24,000 bases of DNA from contig JBHLMQ010000022.1 of NCBI GenBank assembly GCA_048938005.1, forward strand, positions 1 through 24,000, read 5' to 3'. Under the pieces are notes generated by a model that saw nothing but the letters and a program-made list of their open reading frames with translations, had not been told where the DNA came from and searched no databases. The DNA comes from Promethearchaeota archaeon (lineage in GTDB: Archaea; Asgardarchaeota; Lokiarchaeia; Sigyniarchaeales; SOKP01). Below are positions 1-6,570 of this stretch, one piece after another (within the stretch, counting starts at the first letter, position 1; each line of letters opens with the position of its first letter). The position numbers were made by a program, and so were the translations under genes.

Positions 1-608
1 ACAGCTTCTCCTAAAGTCGCATATACTCGCATTACTTCCGTACCCGCGGTAAGGAGGGGAGCAGTATCAATTTTTTCTTTCTTCATCTCTTGCATAAATA
101 TTAGAGCATAGCGAAAAAGGACATATTTTTCTTTAAATATTAATTGAGTTGGTAATTCTGTAAATCCAATCTTAATTATATCCCATTTCTCTGAAGCATA
201 CTCATTTAGCTCTTGCCATAACTTCAGATTCAAAGTTGGAATATGAAGCTCCTCTGATTTAAATGTAGAATTTTCAATTTCATGAAGATATGGAGCTAAA
301 TCACTAAAACATCGTTTCCTTCCTTTCATCAATTTTGGACCAAACCTAAGTATAATTTTAAACGTTGAACGACCCGCCCCTGCTTCCTTTCTAGCTAGAT
401 ATATCCTTTTTATAGGATGCATCTGTGAAGATGGTGCTCCATTTAGTTGATCATTAAATCCAATTCCAAATAAATAAGCAAAACCTTCTTGTACTGAGGA
501 TTCATGATACTTAATAACTTGACCAGGATATTTTCGACAGAATTCTAAAAAAGCTCGTTCATGTTTTCCTGCCATGGGATTAAAGGTATGATCTTGAATA
601 CTAGACAT
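1..608 (-). CDS. Partial CDS: the N-terminal ~202 aa, with the C-terminus lying beyond the window start. Tentatively a reductive-dehalogenase/QueG-like Fe-S oxidoreductase.
   Basis: Absent from the ORF track because the window edge truncates it. My minus-strand translation from the ATG at 608-606 stays open to position 1: MSSIQDHTFNPMAGKHERAFLEFCRKYPGQVIKYHESS...WDIIKIGFTELPTQLIFKEKYVLFRYALIFMQEMKKEKIDTAPLLTAGTEVMRVYATLGEA. The last ~55 aa resemble the region just upstream of the Fe-S motifs in RdhA/QueG-type proteins. The diagnostic Cys motifs would lie outside the window, so the functional call is weak. Confidence 0.5.
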   Translation of the reverse strand, partial: MSSIQDHTFNPMAGKHERAFLEFCRKYPGQVIKYHESSVQEGFAYLFGIGFNDQLNGAPSSQMHPIKRIYLARKEAGAGRSTFKIILRFGPKLMKGRKRCFSDLAPYLHEIENSTFKSEELHIPTLNLKLWQELNEYASEKWDIIKIGFTELPTQLIFKEKYVLFRYALIFMQEMKKEKIDTAPLLTAGTEVMRVYATLGEA

Positions 609-733
609 AATAAAATAATATGAAAACAAGTATTTATTGATTTAAAAAAAAGGAATTTTTTCGTGAAACAGACCTTTTACGTATTTTTATATATCCCTAG
701 ATAATCCACTGATATTATTAGAATAATATAGTA

Positions 734-1042
734 TTATTGATTTGAACTTGGTGTTCTTGTAATTTTCGCAATTATTCTAGCGGTAGGATCTGGACATCGC
801 ACAAATTCAGTTGTAATTCCATTAGGATTAATTTTTTTTTCATAAGGTGTCTCACTATACGTCCACGGAAGTGTACCACCATATTTAAGAACACGAATCA
901 TAGAATTCATACTATCTAATAACCATTGGCAAATTTTACCATTATCTTCCGGATACTTAAATTTTTCTCCGACTTTATGACGTGTGCAAACACCATCACT
1001 TTCAAAAATTTCAATAACTATATCATAATTGAGATTTACCAT
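734..1042 (-). CDS. Small Cys-containing protein, TIGR04076-like family, function unknown
   Basis: 102-aa ORF. The pattern 'DGVCTRHKVGEKF...GKICQWLLDSMNSMIRVLKYGGTLPW...VRCPDP' matches my memory of the TIGR04076 signature (C..H.VGD.F ... G.C.W ... L..GG..PW ... CPDP). Same strand as, and upstream of, the partial Fe-S-like gene. Confidence 0.6.
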   Translation of the reverse strand: MVNLNYDIVIEIFESDGVCTRHKVGEKFKYPEDNGKICQWLLDSMNSMIRVLKYGGTLPWTYSETPYEKKINPNGITTEFVRCPDPTARIIAKITRTPSSNQ

Positions 1043-1260
1043 TTAATTCACTTTTAAATTATGTGTTTTAGATTTAGAAAGAAAGGATTTCATATTTTTT
1101 TTATTACCTTATTTAGTTTTTCCTTTCTCTTATTAAAAATAAATCTATTTTTTTATTATTATTTCCTAGAGCATTTCTCTTTCTTCCTTGGAAGCTGTAT
1201 GCAATTTTTCATATAATCGCTCAATTTCTTCCAAGAATAATGTCCACTTAAAAAGTAAAG

Positions 1261-1393
1261 TGCGCCCTCCGGGATTTTCCCGAGGAATCAAATATATTCC
1301 AAGAATTGAACCCGGGTCGCTAGGATCGCCTCTCTGGTTTCAAAAACACAGAGGTTTGGCAACCTAGCATACTTACCACTATACTAAGAGCGC
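1261..1393 (-). tRNA. tRNA-Gly (anticodon GCC) with two putative introns, no encoded CCA
   Basis: The minus-strand sequence folds by hand into a cloverleaf.
- Acceptor stem GCGCTCT/AGGGCGC plus discriminator A.
- D-arm GTAT-AGTGGTAA-GTAT (with G.U pairs).
- Anticodon stem CTAGG/CCTAG with loop TTGCCAA; GCC lies at + strand 1358-1360.
- Variable region CGAC.
- T-stem CCGGG/CCCGG with T-loop TTCAA..AT.
The 133 nt comprise 72 nt of exon, a ~31-nt insert after the anticodon loop (+ strand ~1325-1355) and a ~30-nt insert inside the T-loop (+ strand ~1276-1305). Confidence 0.75.
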
Positions 1394-1417
1394 TATTTTA
1401 CAACAATAATAAAAAGA

Positions 1418-1427
1418 TTTTAAAAAA
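1418..1427 (-). promoter_or_regulatory. TATA-box-like element upstream of the tRNA gene
   Basis: The minus strand reads TTTTTTAAAA about 25-34 nt upstream of tRNA position +1 (1393), which is the usual archaeal TATA distance. Such strings are common in AT-rich DNA. Confidence 0.3.
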
Positions 1428-1481
1428 TTAAAATGTAATGATTCTTAAGAAAATTTATTAATATTTCAAAAAAAAAAGAAT

Positions 1482-2366
1482 TTATTCTTGTTTTTTTAAT
1501 TCAATTAAAACATCCATTTTATCGGTAATTCCACGGTTCCTTGCCTTATTCAAAATGTATTTGTTTCTCTTTTCCTTAATTCTATCTAATATTATCAAAG
1601 CCGGAATGTTGGGGATTATCAGTATTATTGGAAACGGGATAAAAATTATTAGAGTAACAATAAACAGTGCAAGATCACCCCCAGTTTCAATGAAAAAAAT
1701 AGTGATAAACTCAACATAAGAGAGCAATACAGATACTCCAGCATATCCCTTTAAAAATTGTTCATACCATCTTCCAATAGATCTAATTTCAAAAGGTTTG
1801 TTTGTTTCCTCCAATTTCTTTTTATTTGAATATAATATTCCAGAATCCATTAGAAACCATGTTGGGGAGAATATTAGATTAGTTAAAACAGTTGTAAGGA
1901 TTAATATTACAACAAAAGCAACCACGTATTCATTAGCAGTTAAATCCTCGTCAGATATACTAAAGTTCCAAAGAGCAATACGAACAGTATCAGGATTCAA
2001 CAATAATAATGATATATTTATTGCCATTAAAGCAGAAAATAATCCTTGGGAAGCAAATTTAAATTTCTTATATTCAGGTTTAATATATATTCCATATTCA
2101 TATCGATTTCTAAACACTTTTGTATGTAAATAGAGAAATAGTGGACTAAATAAATATCCTCCAATTAATGTACCAATTATATATGAGATAGGTAAAAGTA
2201 AAATAGAAATCAATCCAATTTCCATACCAGCATCAGAGAAAGGGATAAGAGGTGTTAAATCTTGACCAAAACCTAAGATTCTAGATATTGCAATCGAAAT
2301 CGCTACCCAAAATACACCGTAAATACTAAAAATTATAAGAGAGTTTCTGTATTTATTCTCTTTCAT
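1482..2366 (-). CDS. Polytopic integral membrane protein, function unknown
   Basis: 294-aa ORF with several long hydrophobic segments (e.g. LIIFSIYGVFWVAISIAISRIL, IGLISILLLPISYIIGTLIGGYLF, VVAFVVILILTTVLTNLIF, LALFIVTLIIFIPFPIILIIPNIPALIIL). No motif recognised. Confidence 0.7.
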   Translation of the reverse strand: MKENKYRNSLIIFSIYGVFWVAISIAISRILGFGQDLTPLIPFSDAGMEIGLISILLLPISYIIGTLIGGYLFSPLFLYLHTKVFRNRYEYGIYIKPEYKKFKFASQGLFSALMAINISLLLLNPDTVRIALWNFSISDEDLTANEYVVAFVVILILTTVLTNLIFSPTWFLMDSGILYSNKKKLEETNKPFEIRSIGRWYEQFLKGYAGVSVLLSYVEFITIFFIETGGDLALFIVTLIIFIPFPIILIIPNIPALIILDRIKEKRNKYILNKARNRGITDKMDVLIELKKQE

Positions 2367-2399
2367 AAAAGATTCTCTAATTAATTATTTTGATACGCT

Positions 2400-3422
2400 T
2401 TAAACAATTTCTGATATTACTTGTTTAATAGTATTATTATTTACAAAATTTTCTAGTTCCTGTATGCTATTAGGTAATCCTTCTCGGACACCAATTTCCT
2501 TACATTCTAAGAAGGACATAGCAGTAGCCATTTTTGATGTCTTCTCAAGTGAGAAGCTATTTAATAGAGAAATTAAAATTCCGGCCAAGAAGGCATCACC
2601 CGCCCCTGTAGTATCTTCAACTTTTCCCGCACTATAAACTCCGCTATTTATAATAATTTTACCATCAGAAATAATTGAACCAATAGGACCATCAGTAATA
2701 GAAATTAATTTTATCCCCATATCTAAGAAAATTTTAATCATTAAGGTCTTTTTATTTTCACCTGTAAACTCTTGAGCTTCTTCTAAATTCAACGACACTA
2801 CATCAGAATTAGAAATCAAAATTTTTGCCCATTCTGGAGCATTCTTTATAATTGACATACTTGGAGCCGCAAACACCATTCCTCCTTTGTTTTTTGTGAA
2901 AGTTATTGCTTTTTCTATAGCCTTACAAGCATCATCAGTAGTTAAAGAGGTCCAAGCAAATGCTTTGATATTATTAAATAATTCCTCTTTGATATCTGAA
3001 GGTTTTAATAGATTATTGGCGCCTTTATAGGCAAGAATACTGCGATCTTTACCCCAAGGTGTTTTTAATATTATGGACAGTGCTGTTGTGTCTTTATCAG
3101 TCTGAATAACTTGAGAAAGATCTACACCACGTTTCCTCAAATCTGTTAGACAAATATCTGCTGAAAAATCATTTCCCATTACACCAATATATGCACTTTT
3201 TAATCCTAACATAGAACAATTTGCAGCTATATTAGCACCTGACCCTCCCGGAGCAAATCTAACATCCTTTACATTCAATTTACGAGAATATTCAATAGCA
3301 GTATACTTTTTTATAATATCTTTATCAAATAATTCAAAGCGTAATATATCATCAATCTGAATTAAAATATCTAAAGTATTACTTCCAATTGTAACTAATT
3401 CTGGAAAATTCATATAATCCAC
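2400..3422 (-). CDS. PfkB-family carbohydrate/nucleoside kinase (ribokinase-like)
   Basis: 340 aa. Carries the N-terminal 'APGGSGANIAANCSMLG' Gly-Gly motif and the C-terminal 'DTTGAGDAFLAG' PfkB signature 2. Confidence 0.85.
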   Translation of the reverse strand: MDYMNFPELVTIGSNTLDILIQIDDILRFELFDKDIIKKYTAIEYSRKLNVKDVRFAPGGSGANIAANCSMLGLKSAYIGVMGNDFSADICLTDLRKRGVDLSQVIQTDKDTTALSIILKTPWGKDRSILAYKGANNLLKPSDIKEELFNNIKAFAWTSLTTDDACKAIEKAITFTKNKGGMVFAAPSMSIIKNAPEWAKILISNSDVVSLNLEEAQEFTGENKKTLMIKIFLDMGIKLISITDGPIGSIISDGKIIINSGVYSAGKVEDTTGAGDAFLAGILISLLNSFSLEKTSKMATAMSFLECKEIGVREGLPNSIQELENFVNNNTIKQVISEIV

Positions 3423-3526
3423 TTAAAAATATTAAATTTTAATTTAAAGAATATTGTAAAAATAGAATGAAGTCTTTTAATAATTTTGGAAAGAGGTGAG
3501 TATTAGAGAAGATAAAAAATATTTAT

Positions 3527-4147
3527 TTATTCATCTGATTTGAGACGATTTAATTCTTTCTCTAACTCGGCTATTTTTTCATCAGAAGCTGCCGTAGGTA
3601 ATGCCGCGCCCATTTCTACTTGAATTTCAGCATCAATTTCACCTAGAACTTCATTTACATCTGCATCGCTGACAGCCGTATCTAATGTAATACTATCTAT
3701 ACCATCTGTTGCGATTTCTGCGGTAACGGCGAAGTCTTCCATATCAACATCAATATTTTTCATGATTTCTGTAAGTTGTGGAATCGACATTTGGGCTTTT
3801 AAGGTTGCGAGAGATTTTGCTATTCCTACCATGATTTCAGATACATCTTTTACAGCATCAGCTTGCTCTAGTTTAAATAATAATCCTTCTAAGTTTGTCC
3901 TGAATCCATCTAAAGCACGAGCATGTTTTTTCGTTTGAAGATAATTTCTTGCATGGAATTTTGAGCCATCCATGTCACCTTGTTTTCGAAGACTCACTGC
4001 CTTATCTCTTGCTATTTTTGCGCTCATTTCCATCTTTTTTGTCTGCCGCATCAATTTTTTATTAAAAACTCTCAATTTAGTTGCTGGACGAACATCTTTT
4101 TTCCTACCTCCTGAAAGCCACTTAGAGATATCTTTTAGAAAACCCAT
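3527..4147 (-). CDS. ESCRT-III subunit, Vps2/Vps24/Vps46 (CHMP1-3)-like, with a C-terminal MIM1-like helix
   Basis: Snf7-family helical hairpin core. 'KQGDMDGSKFHARNYLQTKKHARALDGFRTNLEGLLFKLEQADAVKDVSEIMVGIAKSLATLKAQMSIPQLTEIMKNIDVDMEDFAVTAEIATDGID' aligns closely with human CHMP2 'KQGQMDAVRIMAKDLVRTRRYVRKFVLMRANIQAVSLKIQTLKSNNSMAQAMKGVTKAMGTMNRQLKLPQIQKIMMEFERQAEIMDMKEEMMNDAID'. An acidic C-terminal part ends in 'IAELEKELNRLKSDE'. The track ORF begins at a TTG (4156); I prefer the ATG at 4147, which gives MGFLKD.... Confidence 0.87.
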   Translation of the reverse strand: MGFLKDISKWLSGGRKKDVRPATKLRVFNKKLMRQTKKMEMSAKIARDKAVSLRKQGDMDGSKFHARNYLQTKKHARALDGFRTNLEGLLFKLEQADAVKDVSEIMVGIAKSLATLKAQMSIPQLTEIMKNIDVDMEDFAVTAEIATDGIDSITLDTAVSDADVNEVLGEIDAEIQVEMGAALPTAASDEKIAELEKELNRLKSDE

Positions 4148-4425
4148 ATTTATCAAATCTAATTAGTAATTATATATTATATAAATATTTATTTACTAAT
4201 ATAATTTTTTGGAGACCAGTAATTATCCTCGTTGTTTAAACAGTAAATTTGATTTATGCTAATAAAATTATTATTATTGCAGAAGGATATTAAGAAATTT
4301 CATAGTTATGCAAAATCTTTGTCTCTACTTTTTTACCAACTATAAGTAAATATGATATATTCTCGATAAATATTATTTATATATAATAATTAATACAATA
4401 ATCAAAACAAGAAAAGATGAAATGA
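4148..4425. promoter_or_regulatory. Divergent promoter region between the ESCRT-III and Vps4 genes
   Basis: 278-bp very AT-rich spacer between divergent start codons. It contains ATAAATATTTAT (4181-4192, 34-45 nt upstream of the ESCRT-III ATG), ATAAATATTATTTAT (4366-4380, 46-60 nt upstream of the Vps4 ATG) and a central 10-bp palindrome TGTTTAAACA (4233-4242). Assigning TATA/BRE function is inference only. Confidence 0.4.
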
Positions 4426-5643
4426 ATGTCCTCAGTCGATTCTAAATTATATCAATATGCTGTTAAAACAGCAAAAGAAGCAGTAGCTTTAGATAATCAA
4501 GGAAAGTTAAGACAAGCTATTAATATGTACTCTAGAGCTGCTGAAATCTTGATGCAATTTATGAAATATAATAAAAATCCTCAAATGAGAATGCTATGTC
4601 AAAGAAATATTGAAGAGTATGTTGATCGGGCCAGAATTTTGAAATCACATTTAAGTGGGGTGAGACCAAGGAGAGTAAGAGCTGCTGAAAGACCAAGTGA
4701 GGCACAAGATGCTGGAGCAGATTCTGAAGGAGTTGCTGTCTCATCAGAAGAACAGGAACTTATTGATATGATATCAGGAACAATAGTTACAGAATCACCA
4801 AATGTAAAATGGGATGATATTGCTGGATTACAAAATGTAAAGCAAGCTTTAAGAGAAGCAATCGTTTTACCAATAGTAAAACCAGAATTATTTAAAGGTG
4901 CGAGAAGACCTTGGTCAGGAATATTGCTATTTGGGCCTCCTGGATGTGGTAAGACTTTATTAGCAAAAGCCGCTGCAACTGAATGTAAAGCTACTTTTTT
5001 TAGTGCATCTTCAGCTGATTTATTAAGTAAATGGTTAGGTGAAAGTGAAAAGTTAATTAGTTCATTATTTAAAGTTGCTCGTTTAAAAGCACCTAGTTTA
5101 ATATTTATGGACGAAATAGATTCAGTAGCGACAAAGCGGGGAGAAGGTTCTGAAAGTGGAGGTGAAAGAAGGGTAAAAACGCAACTTTTAAGTGAAATTC
5201 AAGGATTAAAGTCGACTTTTGATAAACCATTATTAGTTTTAGGAGCCACAAACCGTCCTTGGGATATTGATAATGCTATGTTAAGTAGATTTGAAAAAAG
5301 AGTGCAAGTGCCTCTTCCAGATTTAAAGGCTCGAGCAGGAATTTTTAAAATTCATACTGAAGGAGTCAATTCAGCATTAACAGATGAGGATTTTATTGAA
5401 TTAGCTGTAAGGACTGAAGGTTATTCTGGTAGAGATATTGCAAATATCTGTCGTGAAGTGATTATGTTACCTATTCGTGAATTGGATATGAGTGGTCTTT
5501 TAGAAAATTCAGATAAAGAAGTAAAACTTAGAGATATCACATTGAAGGATTTCAAGAAAACACTTAAAAAAGTAAAACCGATGACTCACACGGCATTAAT
5601 GAAAAAATATAATGATTGGGCAGAGGAATTCGGAGAAGTATAA
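4426..5643 (+). CDS. vps4: Vps4-type AAA+ ATPase (N-terminal MIT domain plus a single AAA cassette)
   Basis: 405 aa.
- MIT-like three-helix N-terminus: 'AVKTAKEAVALDNQGKLRQAINMYSRAAEILMQFMKYNKNPQMRMLCQRNIEEYVDRARILKSHL'.
- Ser/Glu-rich linker.
- Walker A GPPGCGKT (nt 4933-4956).
- Walker B 'LIFMDEIDS'.
- Second region of homology 'GATNRPWDIDNAMLSRFEKR'.
- Vps4-type C-terminal helix 'YNDWAEEFGEV'. Confidence 0.93.
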   Translation: MSSVDSKLYQYAVKTAKEAVALDNQGKLRQAINMYSRAAEILMQFMKYNKNPQMRMLCQRNIEEYVDRARILKSHLSGVRPRRVRAAERPSEAQDAGADSEGVAVSSEEQELIDMISGTIVTESPNVKWDDIAGLQNVKQALREAIVLPIVKPELFKGARRPWSGILLFGPPGCGKTLLAKAAATECKATFFSASSADLLSKWLGESEKLISSLFKVARLKAPSLIFMDEIDSVATKRGEGSESGGERRVKTQLLSEIQGLKSTFDKPLLVLGATNRPWDIDNAMLSRFEKRVQVPLPDLKARAGIFKIHTEGVNSALTDEDFIELAVRTEGYSGRDIANICREVIMLPIRELDMSGLLENSDKEVKLRDITLKDFKKTLKKVKPMTHTALMKKYNDWAEEFGEV

Positions 5644-5652
5644 AAATTTTTG

Positions 5653-6555
5653 ATGATTAAAATGGAAAGGCAGAGAGAAAAAACTACAGAAATTCCTAAG
5701 GAAGTCAAAGAGAGAGCTGAAAAAGAGTTAGAGGAATTAAGGAAAGAGCTTGCTAGATTAAGAAAATTAAAGAAAGAAAAAGAACAGTTGGAAATAGAAG
5801 CAGCTCAAAAACAAATCATTAAGGAAGAAGAAATTAAGGCAACTGAGTTAAACTATATAGAAGAACAATTTGATAAACTTGAAGATATATTATCATCCAA
5901 GTTGGGTGAAATTGATCAAAAAGTATACCGCCAACATGCTGATCAGATCGAAGCAGAACTGCAAACCCTTGAAGAAGAAATTATTGGAGAAAAAGGTGTA
6001 ATAGAAAAAAAATTAACTGCTTACGAAAATTTATTGAAAGCTTATCCTTGGCTTAAGGAGGAACGTAAGAAGTTTATGTATACAATGCCAAACAAGAAGA
6101 AAAATAAAACTGATTACGTTTCTTGGAAAGTAGAATGGGCAAAAGTTCTTTTTGATTACGCAAGATTTGCTGTCTTACATATAATTTATATCAGAGAATT
6201 GAATTCTCAAAAGCCATTTTCAAATTTCACAAAACGAGAAGAATACATAAAGGAAATTGCAGAGGAATTAATAAGTCAAAATCAAGCGAAATGGCTCTCA
6301 AAAGAGAAAAAGAGATTAAGAGTATACTGGAAGACTTTAGAAGCTTGGTCAGACGAAATCTACAAATGGTGTTATGAAAATGGGAAAATCGAAACTATTA
6401 TGATATACGAATTACGAGAGGCATCTCAAGAAGATTTTAGTACACTTCCACTAGAAGATCTAGAAGAAATATTTAAAATCCTAGCAAAAAACCAAAGAGC
6501 TAAGGTATTTAAATTAGAAAATGGACAATTAGCATTTAAGATTAAACTGGAATAA
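5653..6555 (+). CDS. ESCRT-II Vps25-like protein (tandem winged helix) with a long N-terminal coiled-coil extension
   Basis: The C-terminal ~170 aa align along their length with human VPS25. 'YPWLKE..FMYTMPNKKKNKTDYVSWKVEWAKVLFDYARFAV' corresponds to 'WPWQYRFPPFFTLQPNVDTRQKQLAAWCSLVLSFCRLHK'. 'LRVYWKTLEAWSDEIYKWCYENGKIETIMIYELREASQEDFSTLPLEDLEEIFKILAKNQRAKVFKLENGQLAFK' corresponds to 'FLIMWRRPEEWGKLIYQWVSRSGQNNSVFTLYELTNGEDTEDEEFHGLDEATLLRALQALQQEHKAEIITVSDGRGVKF'. The N-terminal ~130 aa are E/K-rich heptad-like coiled coil. The gene starts 10 nt after the Vps4 stop, so it is probably co-transcribed. The ATG at 5653 or 5662 is preferred over the TTG at 5650. Confidence 0.78.
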   Translation: MIKMERQREKTTEIPKEVKERAEKELEELRKELARLRKLKKEKEQLEIEAAQKQIIKEEEIKATELNYIEEQFDKLEDILSSKLGEIDQKVYRQHADQIEAELQTLEEEIIGEKGVIEKKLTAYENLLKAYPWLKEERKKFMYTMPNKKKNKTDYVSWKVEWAKVLFDYARFAVLHIIYIRELNSQKPFSNFTKREEYIKEIAEELISQNQAKWLSKEKKRLRVYWKTLEAWSDEIYKWCYENGKIETIMIYELREASQEDFSTLPLEDLEEIFKILAKNQRAKVFKLENGQLAFKIKLE

Positions 6556-6570
6556 TATAAAATTCTTATT

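Noticed and set aside
1261-1393. Alternative reading of the tRNA as tRNA-Trp (CCA), because the string TGCCAAA contains CCA and archaeal tRNA-Trp genes classically carry an intron.
   Set aside because: With the only perfect 5-bp anticodon stem (CTAGG/CCTAG) and position 26 = G, the 7-nt loop is TTGCCAA. That places U33 before GCC. A CCA anticodon would require a mispaired stem. The discriminator A73 is also compatible with archaeal tRNA-Gly.
1043-1481. tRNA gene as an integration hotspot or boundary of a mobile element.
   Set aside because: No integrase, transposase, direct repeat of the tRNA 3' end or phage/plasmid-like gene is visible on either side. The flanking genes are ordinary chromosomal genes.
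1798-2133. Antisense or shadow ORFs in the supplied track: 1798-2133, 3972-4166, 4559-4744, 6831-7040, 7007-7294, 10043-10306, 11199-11381, 11653-11853, 12537-12806, 16470-16667, 17305-17577, 18487-18675, 19971-20231, 21154-21396, 22059-22241 and 23228-23440.
   Set aside because: Each lies wholly or largely inside a longer ORF on the opposite strand or in another frame, and that longer ORF carries clear family motifs. Their translations are low-complexity (F/L/I/S-rich), as expected from reading AT-rich coding DNA out of frame. None shows a recognisable motif.
3527-5643. Whether the ESCRT-III/Vps4 pair is a TACK-type Cdv (CdvB/CdvC) cell-division locus.
   Set aside because: No CdvA-like gene is adjacent. 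The neighbouring genes align with Vps25 and Vps22/EAP30 (ESCRT-II), which Cdv systems lack, and the ESCRT-III aligns best with the CHMP2 type. The Asgard-type interpretation is preferred.
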